A stretch of 64,000 nt of DNA. It comes from Tagaea sp. (GTDB lineage: Bacteria; Pseudomonadota; Alphaproteobacteria; CACIAM-22H2). How positions within the stretch are numbered: the stretch's first letter is position 1; each line of letters starts with the position of its first letter. A model generated the notes under the pieces. It was not told where the DNA came from. It saw nothing but the letters and a program-made list of their open reading frames with translations, and did no database searches. The position numbers and the translations under genes were made by a program. The stretch spans positions 736,001 to 800,000 of the forward strand of contig CBDIIB010000004.1 in NCBI GenBank assembly GCA_965279525.1. Direction: 5' to 3'. This document shows, one piece after another, positions 50,330-60,128 of the stretch.

Positions 50330-51853
50330 TCAGGCGGAACTCCAGACGGCGTCCCGGTCCAGCGGAAAGACGGGCCGGGGCAGATGGCGGAACTCGATGC
50401 GCTCGAGGACCGGGGCCGTCAGACCGCCGGTATCCACTTCGAACACGTTCTCCGGCGCAAAAAAGATGTCGAAACCTGCCCGGAAATGCCCGCGGGACTT
50501 GACGACGACCGCAGCGGCACCGGCTACGTCGAGACCATGCATCGCGAAGAAAACGGGGTCGGCGCACTGCTTGCGCTGGCTGACGACGACGACGACGACC
50601 CCGTCCAGATCGAGCGCCGCGGTAAGGCCCAGTTCGACGCTTCGCCCCTTGTAGATGCCCCGTTGCCCGACGACGCGTCCATCCGTCACGGCCAGGATGC
50701 GGGCATGCGCCGTGAACCTTTCGCCGAAGCGGTCGGCATTCGTCCGGTTGAACTCCGCCTCGAACTGTCCGCCGGTCCCGCGCGCGTGCGCGTCGGCGGC
50801 CAGTGCAGGGTCAACGAAACATCCGTAGAGAACGCCGGTGGCCCGGGCCGCGATCAAGGCGCGCAGCAGTTCGGTCGTGTTGCCGCGCCCACCGCCGCCG
50901 GGATTGTCGCCGGAATCGGCGAATATGACCGGCGAGCGCATCTTGGCCGCCGCCGCCCGGGCAAGGTCGATCGCATCGGCAATCGGCGTCAACGTGCGCA
51001 CGAAGCGATGGCGATCGGCCCAGCCAAGACGGGCAAGGTCAAGTGCCGCAGCCTTCGCATGCGCCTTCCCCTCACGCGACGTCGCCACGATCGCGACCCC
51101 GTTTTTCGGCGTATCGCCGAACACGAAGCCGCCGACGACGGAAAGATTCATGAGGCGCGCGTCCGACGCCATGCGCGCTTCGGCCGCGTTCATCAGGTCG
51201 GCATAGGGACCGCTGGCGGTCAGCAGCGTGACGGATGCCGGCGTGAGCGGCAGGCGCACGAGTGCCGTGGCCGAACGGCCGCCGCGCAGTAGCTCGACGA
51301 CATGCCGCGCGCACTCGGCCCCCCGCTCCTCCTGGTCGATATGCGGATTGGTCCGGTACGAGACGAAGGCGTCGACGCTGTCGATCATGCGATCGGAGAT
51401 GTTCGCGTGGAGATCGACCGATGTGACGAACGGCGCCCGCCCGATCTCGGCGCGGATGGCGGCGTAGAGCACGCCGTCGGGATCGAACTCGGCGGTCGAA
51501 GTCATGGCGCCGTGGTTCGTGAGATAGACCGCGTCGATCCGTCCGGCCGATCTGAGGCCGGCCACGATCCTGCGCACGCAATCCTCGAAGAACGCGTGCT
51601 CGATCGGGCCGCCGGGTTCGGCGCCCGTCACGAGGATCGGGACCGGCTCCCATGCGAAATCCAGCCGCGCCAGCTCCTTGACGAAGCCGGGCACTTCGAG
51701 CGGCATCGCCGGCGCTTGCCGTGCCGCCTCTTCGACGATGGCCGGCCCCTCGAGATAGCAAAGGCGCCTGAAATCACCCTCGGTCGTCGGCGGCGCAAAG
51801 GAATTGCTCTCGAGGTGCATGCCGATCAGCGCGATCCGCGGCAGCACAGCCAT
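50330..51853 (-). CDS. M81 (MlrC-like) metallopeptidase/deacylase
   Basis: ESNSF, HGAM, DLHAN, YRTNPHID, DNPGGG and VKSRGHFRAGF. Confidence 0.9.
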   Translation of the reverse strand: MAVLPRIALIGMHLESNSFAPPTTEGDFRRLCYLEGPAIVEEAARQAPAMPLEVPGFVKELARLDFAWEPVPILVTGAEPGGPIEHAFFEDCVRRIVAGLRSAGRIDAVYLTNHGAMTSTAEFDPDGVLYAAIRAEIGRAPFVTSVDLHANISDRMIDSVDAFVSYRTNPHIDQEERGAECARHVVELLRGGRSATALVRLPLTPASVTLLTASGPYADLMNAAEARMASDARLMNLSVVGGFVFGDTPKNGVAIVATSREGKAHAKAAALDLARLGWADRHRFVRTLTPIADAIDLARAAAAKMRSPVIFADSGDNPGGGGRGNTTELLRALIAARATGVLYGCFVDPALAADAHARGTGGQFEAEFNRTNADRFGERFTAHARILAVTDGRVVGQRGIYKGRSVELGLTAALDLDGVVVVVVSQRKQCADPVFFAMHGLDVAGAAAVVVKSRGHFRAGFDIFFAPENVFEVDTGGLTAPVLERIEFRHLPRPVFPLDRDAVWSSA

Positions 51854-51939
51854 GCGTTCCCTCCCCCTTCTGCAATGCCGTGGAGTTGGGCATACTCGCC
51901 CGCTCTTTCGCAAGCCCCCGCCCCAGATCCCGAGAGACA

Positions 51940-53112
51940 ATGACGTCCCTTCCCAGTAAAGAAGCACTCGACATCGTCAAGAAGCTCGTGTCGTTCGACA
52001 CGACAAGCCGCGACAGCAATCTCGCCCTGATCGACTGGGTGCGCGGATATCTGACGAAGCTCGGCATCGAATCGCATCTCGTGTTCGACGAGACCGGGAA
52101 GAAGGCCAATCTCTGGGCCACGATCGGCCCCGCAGACCGTCCGGGCCTCGTCCTGTCGGGCCACACCGACGTCGTGCCGATCGACGGACAGGAATGGACC
52201 GTTTCGCCTTTCGAGCCGATGGAACGCGACGGCAAGCTCTACGGGCGTGGCACGACCGACATGAAAAGCTTCGTCGGCGTCTGCCTTTCGCTCGCCCCCG
52301 AATTCGTCCGCACGAAGCTCAAGACCCCGATCCATTTCGCCTTCTCCTACGACGAGGAGGTCGGCTGCATCGGCGTCCGTCGCCTGCTTGCCGATCTGGA
52401 AGCGCGCGGGATCCGGCCGATGGGCTGCGTGGTCGGCGAGCCGACGAGCATGAAGGTCATCCGCGCACACAAGGGAAAACTCTCGTTCCGCGCGCATGTG
52501 CGCGGGTTCGAGTGCCATTCCTCGCTCGCACCGCGCGGCGTCAACGCGATCCAATTCGCGGCGCGCGCGATCGCCCGCCTCATCGAGATGGGCGACAGGT
52601 TCGCCGCCGACGGTCCCTTCGACCGCGAGTTCGACATCCCCTTCACGACGATCCACACCGGCACGATCCACGGAGGTACGGCACTCAACATCGTGCCGAA
52701 GGACTGCAGTTTCGATTTTGAGTTCCGCCACCTGCCCGTCCACGACCCGCGCGATCTGTTCGGCGAATTCGAAAAATTCGTGCGCGGCGAACTCGAGCCG
52801 AAGATGAAATCGATCCACGCCGACACGGGCTTCACGTTCGAAGAGCTTTCGACCTTTCCCGGTCTCGCAGGCGACGAGGATGCCGAGGTCACGCAGGCCG
52901 CCAAAGCCGCCTCGGGCGGCAACGCGACCGGCAAGGTGGCATTCGGCACCGAAGCGGGCCTGTTCGAGGCGAGCGGAATTCCGACCGTCATCTGCGGACC
53001 CGGCGACATCGATCAGGCGCACAAACCAGATGAGTTCGTGGCGTTGGCGCAGATCGCGCAATGCGAGCAGTTCCTGCGCCGTCTAGTCGAGCGTCTCGAG
53101 GTCCGCGCATGA
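51940..53112 (+). CDS. argE: acetylornithine deacetylase (M20)
   Basis: SGHTDVVP, GRGTTDMK, DEEVGC, GEPT and AHKPDE. Confidence 0.9.
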   Translation: MTSLPSKEALDIVKKLVSFDTTSRDSNLALIDWVRGYLTKLGIESHLVFDETGKKANLWATIGPADRPGLVLSGHTDVVPIDGQEWTVSPFEPMERDGKLYGRGTTDMKSFVGVCLSLAPEFVRTKLKTPIHFAFSYDEEVGCIGVRRLLADLEARGIRPMGCVVGEPTSMKVIRAHKGKLSFRAHVRGFECHSSLAPRGVNAIQFAARAIARLIEMGDRFAADGPFDREFDIPFTTIHTGTIHGGTALNIVPKDCSFDFEFRHLPVHDPRDLFGEFEKFVRGELEPKMKSIHADTGFTFEELSTFPGLAGDEDAEVTQAAKAASGGNATGKVAFGTEAGLFEASGIPTVICGPGDIDQAHKPDEFVALAQIAQCEQFLRRLVERLEVRA

Positions 53113-53714
53113 AGCCCGATACGGTCGTCTTCGATCTTGGCGGCGTCCTGATCGACTGGAATCCACGCTATCTCTACAGCAAGCTGATACCGGACGAGGC
53201 AGAGCGCGAGCGCTTCCTCGCCGAAGTCTGCACCCACGATTGGAACGTTGCCCAGGACGCAGGCCGGACGATCGCGGACGCCGTCGCCGAGGCGATTTCG
53301 CGTCATCCCGGCAAGGCAGACCTGATACGCGCGTTCTACGACCGCTTCGACGAGATGATGGGCGGGCCGGTTCAAGGCACGGTCGACATCCTCGAACGGC
53401 TCCATGCGAAGGGCACGCCGCTTTACGCGCTAACGAACTGGTCGGCCGAAACATTCCCGATCGGCCGGCGGCGCTTCAAGTTCCTCGGCAGGTTCCGCCA
53501 CATCACCGTGTCGGGTGAGCTGAAGCTCGCCAAACCGGATCCGGCGATCTACCGGCATGTGCTTGCGGCGGCAGGAAAGCCGGCGACGTCCTGCGTTTTC
53601 ATCGACGACGCGCCCAAGAACGTCGCCGCAGCGGCGGCTCTCGGGTTCCATGCGATCCATTTCGTCGACCCGGACGATCTGGGCATGAGGCTCGCGGGCT
53701 TGGGATTTCTGTAA
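53109..53714 (+). CDS. HAD-family phosphatase
   Basis: FDLGGVLIDW, LTNWS, KPDPAIY and FIDD. Confidence 0.9.
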   Translation: MKPDTVVFDLGGVLIDWNPRYLYSKLIPDEAERERFLAEVCTHDWNVAQDAGRTIADAVAEAISRHPGKADLIRAFYDRFDEMMGGPVQGTVDILERLHAKGTPLYALTNWSAETFPIGRRRFKFLGRFRHITVSGELKLAKPDPAIYRHVLAAAGKPATSCVFIDDAPKNVAAAAALGFHAIHFVDPDDLGMRLAGLGFL

Positions 53715-53761
53715 AGCCTGCGTAGAATTCCGGCACGAGCGAATGATTGGGGACGAGTGAC

Positions 53762-54715
53762 GTGAGCGAAGACAGCTATCCGGTAAATATCGCGCCGCCC
53801 GACATCTCCGCCTACAAGGCCGGGAATACCGGCATCGACTACGCCACGACGCTCGATTCCGGTATCGACGGCCCGCACGCCATGATCACGGCCGTCGTGC
53901 ATGGAAACGAGCTTTGCGGCGCCATCGCGCTCGACTGGCTGATGCGCGAGAGCGTCCGGCCCGTGCGCGGCAAACTGACGCTGATGTACTGCAACATCGC
54001 CGCCTTTCTTTCCTTCGATCCCGCAAATCCGCAGGCCTCGCGATTTGTCGACGAGGATTTCAACCGCGTCTGGGCCGAGGCCACGCTCGACGGGCCGCGC
54101 AAATCGCGCGAGCTGGCGCGCGCGCGCGAAATCCGCCCGCTCGTCGCGCAGGCCGACCTGCTTCTCGACATCCACTCGATGCAGCATCCCACGCTTCCGT
54201 TGATGCTGAGCGGCCCGCTCGAGAAGGGTCGCCGTTTCGCGCGTGACATCGGCGTGCCCGAGACGATCGTCAGCGACGAAGGCCATTCGGCGGGCAAGCG
54301 GATGCGCGACTACGGCGCCTTCGCCGATCCCGCCAGTCCGAAGAACGCGCTCCTGATCGAGTGCGGACAGCATTGGGAGACGGATTCCGTCGATGTCGCC
54401 AAGGAAACGGCTTTGCGGTTCCTGCTGGCGACGGGCTGCGTGGCCCGGGACTGGATCGAGGAACGCCTTCCGCCTCGCAAGCCGGCGGCGCAGCGCACGA
54501 TCGAAGTCACGCATGCGGTGACGATCGGGAGCGAGGATTTCCGGTTCGTTTCCGAATTCAAGGGTCTTGAGGTAATCGCGAAGACAGGCGACGAGATCGC
54601 GCGAGACGGGGACAAGGTCGTTCGCGCACCGTACGACAACTGCGTCCTGATCATGCCGTCGCGCCGTCTGGGCAAGGGACAGACGGCCGTCCGTCTCGGT
54701 CGCTACGTTTCCTGA
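53762..54715 (+). CDS. M14 succinylglutamate desuccinylase/aspartoacylase family protein
   Basis: HGNE, DFNR, LDIHS and IECGQH; GTG start assumed. Confidence 0.88.
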   Translation: MSEDSYPVNIAPPDISAYKAGNTGIDYATTLDSGIDGPHAMITAVVHGNELCGAIALDWLMRESVRPVRGKLTLMYCNIAAFLSFDPANPQASRFVDEDFNRVWAEATLDGPRKSRELARAREIRPLVAQADLLLDIHSMQHPTLPLMLSGPLEKGRRFARDIGVPETIVSDEGHSAGKRMRDYGAFADPASPKNALLIECGQHWETDSVDVAKETALRFLLATGCVARDWIEERLPPRKPAAQRTIEVTHAVTIGSEDFRFVSEFKGLEVIAKTGDEIARDGDKVVRAPYDNCVLIMPSRRLGKGQTAVRLGRYVS

Positions 54716-55797
54716 TGGGGAACACGACGACGGCCGGCAGCATCGACTGGAAGGCATTGTTCGTTACCGTGGCGCTCGGGACAGCCGGTGGCGCGCTGTT
54801 CCGCTGGCTGACCATCCCGCTGCCGTGGATGCTGGGCGCCGTCACCTTCACCACGATCGCGGCAATGTCGGGTGCCGTGCCGCTGACGATGCCACGCCGG
54901 ATACGTGCCGGATTTCTGACCATCCTCGGCGTTCTCCTCGGGGCCAGCTTCACGCCTGCGATCATCTCGCGCATGCACGAGTGGCTGTGGACCGTGGCCG
55001 GTCTTGCGGTATGGGCGATCGTCGCGGGCGCAGGCGCCTATGTCTATCTCCGGCGGTTCGCGCGCTTCGACAAGGTCACTGCCTTTTTCGCCGCCACGCC
55101 CGGCGGCCTTGCCGAGATGGTGCTTGTCGGCAGCCAGAACGGCGCCAATGTGCCGACGCTGGCGCTCTGCCACGCCGTCCGCGTTATGCTTGTCGTCCTC
55201 GTCGTTCCGATCTGGTTCCGCCTCGAAGGCCTGATTTCACCCCAGCAGACGCAGGCGCTGGTCGGGATCCTCGACGTCGCACCGGTGGACTACGCGATTC
55301 TTGCCGCATGCGCGATCGGCGGCAGCTTCCTCGGAACGCGCCTCGGGCTTCCGGCTGCCGGAATGCTCGGACCGCTGCTGTGCTCGGTCGCGGTGCACCT
55401 CGCGGGCTTCACCGAAAGCCAGCCGCCTTATCTGCTCACGGCCGCGGCACAGGTCGTCCTCGGCTCGGCGATCGGTCTGCGTTTCGCTGGCACGACGCCG
55501 CGTTCGATTGCGGCCGATGCCGGCCACGGCGCCGTCGCGACGGTGATCATGCTCGGCTTCGCGATCCTTTTCGCGATCGGCTTCGCGCGACTGACCGGAC
55601 AGTCCTTCGCCGGCCTTGTGCTCGCCTTCGCACCCGGCGGCTTCGCGGAGATGAGCCTCATCGCGCTCGCATTGTCGGTCGATTCCGCGTTCGTCGCCTC
55701 GCACCACCTGATCCGCATCATCCTGGTGGTGACGCTGGCACCGCTGATTTTCCGGCGCTTCGCCGGACCTCCGCCGCCCGGCTCTACTGGATTTTGA
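54715..55797 (+). CDS. AbrB-family (duplicated) membrane protein
   Basis: two repeats of PWMLG/AGMLG...PGGLAEM/PGGFAEM..H..R; very hydrophobic. Confidence 0.88.
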   Translation: MGNTTTAGSIDWKALFVTVALGTAGGALFRWLTIPLPWMLGAVTFTTIAAMSGAVPLTMPRRIRAGFLTILGVLLGASFTPAIISRMHEWLWTVAGLAVWAIVAGAGAYVYLRRFARFDKVTAFFAATPGGLAEMVLVGSQNGANVPTLALCHAVRVMLVVLVVPIWFRLEGLISPQQTQALVGILDVAPVDYAILAACAIGGSFLGTRLGLPAAGMLGPLLCSVAVHLAGFTESQPPYLLTAAAQVVLGSAIGLRFAGTTPRSIAADAGHGAVATVIMLGFAILFAIGFARLTGQSFAGLVLAFAPGGFAEMSLIALALSVDSAFVASHHLIRIILVVTLAPLIFRRFAGPPPPGSTGF

Positions 55798-56599
55798 GCG
55801 TGACGCCGCCATCGACAGGCAGCGCCACGCCTGTGATGTAGCTCGCCTCGTCGGAGGCAAGGAAAAGCGCTGCCCGCGCCACATCCCACGCGTCGCCCAT
55901 CTTCCCGGTCGGGCACATCGCATCGCGCACGGCGATCATCCTGGCGATGTCGCCGCCGCCGTAGGCACCCTTGAGCGGTTCGACGATCATCGGCGTGTTC
56001 ATCAGCCCCGGCAGGATGCAGTTGGCGCGCACGCCCTTGGCCGCATACTGGACCGCCACCGACTGCGTGAACGGGATCACGGCGCCCTTGGTCGTGCCGT
56101 AGGCGATGTACGGTACGCCGAGATAGCGGATGCCGGCGATCGAAGCGATGTTGACGATCGCCCCGCCCCGTCCGTCTCGCGCATGCTGCGCCACGAAGAC
56201 CGGAAGTACATGCTTGCAGGTGAGGAACATCGATTTGAGATTGACGCGCACGACACGGTCCCAGTCGGTCTCGTCGAGTTCTTCCGGCCCGCCGAGCGCC
56301 ACGATCCCGACATTGTTGTGCAGCACGTCGACGCGGCCCCATGCCGCGACGCAAGCACGCACCACCGTCGAAACGTCATCGGCCTTCGACACGTCAGCCG
56401 CATGCGCGATCGCCGTCCCGCCCTCGGACGCGATGATCGCCGCGGTCTCCTCGGCGGCTTCGCGGCGCAGATCGACGCACATCACGCGCGCACCTTCACG
56501 CGCATAGAGCACGCTTGCGGCCTTCCCGTTGCCCCAGCCGGGCCCGGACGAACCCGCACCGGTCACGATCGCCACCTTGCCTTCGAGCCGTCCGGCCAT
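55784..56599 (-). CDS. SDR-family oxidoreductase
   Basis: TGAGSSGPGWGNG, NNVG, YGTTK and VDGG. Confidence 0.92.
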   Translation of the reverse strand: MAGRLEGKVAIVTGAGSSGPGWGNGKAASVLYAREGARVMCVDLRREAAEETAAIIASEGGTAIAHAADVSKADDVSTVVRACVAAWGRVDVLHNNVGIVALGGPEELDETDWDRVVRVNLKSMFLTCKHVLPVFVAQHARDGRGGAIVNIASIAGIRYLGVPYIAYGTTKGAVIPFTQSVAVQYAAKGVRANCILPGLMNTPMIVEPLKGAYGGGDIARMIAVRDAMCPTGKMGDAWDVARAALFLASDEASYITGVALPVDGGVTLKIQ

Positions 56600-56600
56600 C

Positions 56601-58076
56601 CTATTTCTCCTTCGCCATGCGTGCGCGCAGTTCCGTCTTCAGGATCTTGCCGTAGGCGTTCTTGGGAAGCGCTTCGACGAACCTGTATTCCTTGGGTCGC
56701 TTGAAACGCGCGATGCGCGACAGGCACAGCGAGTCGAGATCGGCTGACGCCAGCGTGCCGTCCCTCGCGACGACGAACGCCACGACGCTCTCGCCCCATT
56801 CGGCATCCGGCACGCCGATCACCGAAACTTCCGCGACGCCCGGATGCGCCTGCAGGGTTTCCTCGACCTCGCGCGGATAGATGTTCGATCCGCCCGAGAT
56901 GATGACATCCTTCGAGCGGTCCTTGAGCGTGAGGAAGCCGCGCGTGTCGAACGCGCCGATGTCGCCGGTATGGAGCCAGCCGTCCGCGAGCGTCCGGGCG
57001 CTTGCGGCTGGATCCCGCCAGTATCCCTTCATCACGCTATCGCCGCGCACCAGCACCTCGCCGTCGTCGCCAAGCCGCACTTCGACCACGGACTGCGGCG
57101 TTCCCGCCGAGCCGAGGACCGCATCGTCGCCCGCCCGATGGGCGGCCTCCATCGTGGCGCGCGTCATGCCGGTGATGCACATCGGCGACTCGCCCTGGCC
57201 ATAGAGCTGGGCGAAGCGGAAGCCGTAGGCGGAGATAGCCGCCTTGAGGTCGGCAACGTACATCGGTGCACCGCCATAGACGATGGTGCGCAGGTTGCCG
57301 GGATCGGCCGAAGGCGGGTTCGCGACAAGTCGCTTGATCATCGTCGGCGCCGCGAACATCGTTGCGGCCGGCCAATGCGCGAACAGCCGTGCGAGTTCCG
57401 TCGGCTCGAAGTGCCCGCTTTCGGGAATGACCTGCGCGTTGCCGATCGCAAGCATCGGCAGCATGTAGAGGCCCGAGCCGTGCGACATCGGTGCGGCGTG
57501 GACGATGATACCCGGTGCGGGCGGATCGATGTCGATGAAATAGCTCGTCGCCATCGCCAGCAGGTTGCGGTGACTCAACATCGCGCCTTTCGGGCGCCCG
57601 GTCGTGCCGCTCGTATAGAAAAGCCATGCAAGATCGTCCGGCTCGGTCGGTGCGATTCCGACGGCATCGGCGGCAAGGAGCCGTCGCCATTCGGTCCCGC
57701 CGATCTCGACCGCGCGGATCGCGGCCGCCGCCTCGCCGACCGCTTGCGCCAAGTCGGACGAATGGAGAATCAACGACGCCTCGCTGTGGGCGAAGCAATA
57801 GGCGATTTCCCGGGCATGCAGCTTCGCGTTGATAGGGACCGCGGCAAGGCCGGCGTGCCATATCGCGTAGAGGGCGCGCGCATAGTCCGGCGAGTTGGCG
57901 GCGACGATCGCCACCCGGTCGCCCCGCGTCAGGCCGAGCGCCAGCAGGCCGCCGGCAAGTGCTGCCACATCGCGCGCCATGCCCGCCCAATCCGCCACGA
58001 CGCGCAGGCCGTGACCGAGCGCCGGACCAAAGGGATCGCGCAGCGCGTTGCGCTGCAGATGCGCGGCAAGATTCAT
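56601..58076 (-). CDS. AMP-dependent acyl-CoA synthetase
   Basis: YTSGTTGRPKG, YGQGE, TGDIG, RSKDVIISGG and GKILK. Confidence 0.93.
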   Translation of the reverse strand: MNLAAHLQRNALRDPFGPALGHGLRVVADWAGMARDVAALAGGLLALGLTRGDRVAIVAANSPDYARALYAIWHAGLAAVPINAKLHAREIAYCFAHSEASLILHSSDLAQAVGEAAAAIRAVEIGGTEWRRLLAADAVGIAPTEPDDLAWLFYTSGTTGRPKGAMLSHRNLLAMATSYFIDIDPPAPGIIVHAAPMSHGSGLYMLPMLAIGNAQVIPESGHFEPTELARLFAHWPAATMFAAPTMIKRLVANPPSADPGNLRTIVYGGAPMYVADLKAAISAYGFRFAQLYGQGESPMCITGMTRATMEAAHRAGDDAVLGSAGTPQSVVEVRLGDDGEVLVRGDSVMKGYWRDPAASARTLADGWLHTGDIGAFDTRGFLTLKDRSKDVIISGGSNIYPREVEETLQAHPGVAEVSVIGVPDAEWGESVVAFVVARDGTLASADLDSLCLSRIARFKRPKEYRFVEALPKNAYGKILKTELRARMAKEK

Positions 58077-58510
58077 GCAACCGGCCCCAGGATCGCGTAA
58101 GTTGAGGAGACCTGCACGGCGGTCTCGCTCCCGGCGCCGGCAGCCAGCGAAACTTCGCCGAAGGCCAGCGTGCGGCCGACTTTCAGCAGATGCACGCGCG
58201 CGATCACTTCCGGGCCAGCGAGCGGCCGGATGAAGGTCGTCGTCTGCGAAACGGTCGTCATCGGGCGATAACCGCCCGACGCCGCCGAAATCGCGAAAAC
58301 CATCGCGGTGTCGGCCAGCGCCATGCTCGCCTGCCCGCAGACGATTCCACCTTCGCGGGCGATCCGGTCGCCTGCCGGCATCCGCAGCACGGCCATGCCG
58401 TCGCGCCGGAGTTCGACGAAGTCGATTCCGAGTTCGACGATCCATGGCGCGAATTTTGCGGCAAGGACTGCGCGCGCCGCGTCGATATCGAATGTCACGA
58501 GGCCATCCAT
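58073..58510 (-). CDS. PaaI-family hotdog thioesterase
   Basis: GIVCGQASMALADTAM, TTVSQTTTFIRP and KVGRTLAFGE. Confidence 0.88.
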   Translation of the reverse strand: MDGLVTFDIDAARAVLAAKFAPWIVELGIDFVELRRDGMAVLRMPAGDRIAREGGIVCGQASMALADTAMVFAISAASGGYRPMTTVSQTTTFIRPLAGPEVIARVHLLKVGRTLAFGEVSLAAGAGSETAVQVSSTYAILGPVA

Positions 58511-58696
58511 TGCAGAAGGCCGGTCTCCCGGCTGACGTACACGAGAAGCCGGACCACCGCATAGGCGGCAAGCCCGAATGCCGCGGCGACCGCCAGGACC
58601 TTGAGATGCGCCATCCGCCCTGTCCTTTCGAGCGGCTTTACCGCACAGCTTCTTTGCGCGCATTATCGCCCCAGTCGCAACAGACGGGCAACCCGG

Positions 58697-60022
58697 ATGC
58701 CGCCGAGCACAAAAGTAAGCCAACACGACATAAACCACGCCGTCGGCCTGCACGAGAAGATGGCCAAGGGACAGACCGGGGGCGTGCGCCTGGTACTTTC
58801 GTTCAAGGTCGCCGAGCGGATGAACTTCCAGGGGCGCGACCTGTCGGAAGCCGAACTCGTCGGCGCCTATCTGTGCGAATCGAACTTTGGCAAGGCGAAG
58901 CTCACCCGCGCCAACCTGTTCGGCGCCGACCTGACGGGCTGCGACCTGCACGAGGCGGACCTGTCGAAGGCGGATCTGCGCGGCGCGCAGCTCAAGCGCG
59001 CCAATCTAGAGCGCGCCAACCTGACCGCCGCCGACATCCGCGACGGCTTCATCATCGTTCGCGACAAGGACGGCAACTTCAGCTACCACAACAACCAGCC
59101 GCAGGGCGCGGTCATCACCGACGCCAAATTCAACAACGCCGATCTCACCAACGCGAAGATGAGCCGCGTGTTCGGCCCGCGCACCGACCTGACCGGATGC
59201 ATCATGCGCGGCGCCATCCTGCGCCAGGCGGACCTCTCCAACTCCGACCTCAGCGGCGTCGTGCTGACGGGTGCGGACCTCACCAACGCCAATCTGTCGA
59301 ACTGCATCCTGCACGGCGCCACGCTAGCCGGAGCGCTGCTCGACAACACCAATCTCGAAGGAGCCGACCTGACGGCCTCGAATTTCGGCACGAAGGATCT
59401 TGCGCGCGTCGATACCTCGAAGGCGGTCCTGCCGGTCAACATCTCGAGCCTCGAGAAGTCGATCCAGCAGATCTTCATCGACCATCTCGAATGGCTGAAG
59501 ACGGAGGGCCGCAGCGGCGCCCAGGCCGATTTCGAACGCGTCAACCTCGCCGATCTCAACGCGCCCGGCGTCAACCTGTCGGCCGGACGGCTGGCGCTGT
59601 GCATCCTGCGCAACGCCAAGCTTGCCGGCGGCTATTTCCAGATGGCGGATTTCTCGTCGGCCTTCATGGCGAACTGCGATCTCGCCGGGGCCAAGCTCCA
59701 GGGCTCCAAGTTCGACAAGGCGACGCTGACCGGGGCAAAGCTGCGCGATGCCGACCTGTCGCCGATGCCGGTCGACAACATGAACCAGCGCAACTGGAAC
59801 TCGAAGCTCAAGGAAGCCAACCTCTCGAGCGCCGACCTGCGCGGGACGAACCTTGCGAAGGCCGATCTGACCGGCTCGATCCTGCGCCGCGCCGACTTGC
59901 GCGGCGCCGACCTTTCCGACGCGATCCTGCTCGATTGCGATTTCTCGGGCGCCGATCTGCGGGAAGCCAACCTGAAAGGTGCCGACACGCGCGGAACGTC
60001 GGGGCTGGAAAAAGCGCTCTAA
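58697..60022 (+). CDS. large pentapeptide-repeat protein
   Basis: many A(D/N)LXX repeats arranged in two capped blocks. Confidence 0.92.
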   Translation: MPPSTKVSQHDINHAVGLHEKMAKGQTGGVRLVLSFKVAERMNFQGRDLSEAELVGAYLCESNFGKAKLTRANLFGADLTGCDLHEADLSKADLRGAQLKRANLERANLTAADIRDGFIIVRDKDGNFSYHNNQPQGAVITDAKFNNADLTNAKMSRVFGPRTDLTGCIMRGAILRQADLSNSDLSGVVLTGADLTNANLSNCILHGATLAGALLDNTNLEGADLTASNFGTKDLARVDTSKAVLPVNISSLEKSIQQIFIDHLEWLKTEGRSGAQADFERVNLADLNAPGVNLSAGRLALCILRNAKLAGGYFQMADFSSAFMANCDLAGAKLQGSKFDKATLTGAKLRDADLSPMPVDNMNQRNWNSKLKEANLSSADLRGTNLAKADLTGSILRRADLRGADLSDAILLDCDFSGADLREANLKGADTRGTSGLEKAL

Positions 60023-60128
60023 GTTTCCGCAAATTTTTCTGTGAACAATTCGCATCCCGGGCTTTGCAATCTGCGAATCCCGACTACAGTTGTGGGATGC
60101 CAAGTTGTCTCCCCCCGCCCCCCGCCTG

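Noticed and set aside
50330-51853. Microcystin-degradation (mlr) cluster
   Set aside because: M81 enzymes are widespread and no mlrA, mlrB or mlrD-like genes are adjacent
54715-55797. Ammonia monooxygenase or DNA-binding AbrB regulator
   Set aside because: These are legacy labels for this membrane family; there are no amoCAB genes and no DNA-binding domain
58697-60022. Qnr/MfpA quinolone-resistance gene
   Set aside because: About twice the length of Qnr proteins, in core-genome context with no mobile element; repeats alone do not imply resistance
60040-60054. CRP-like box TGTGA...TCGCA upstream of the cNMP protein
   Set aside because: The spacer is 5 nt rather than the required 6
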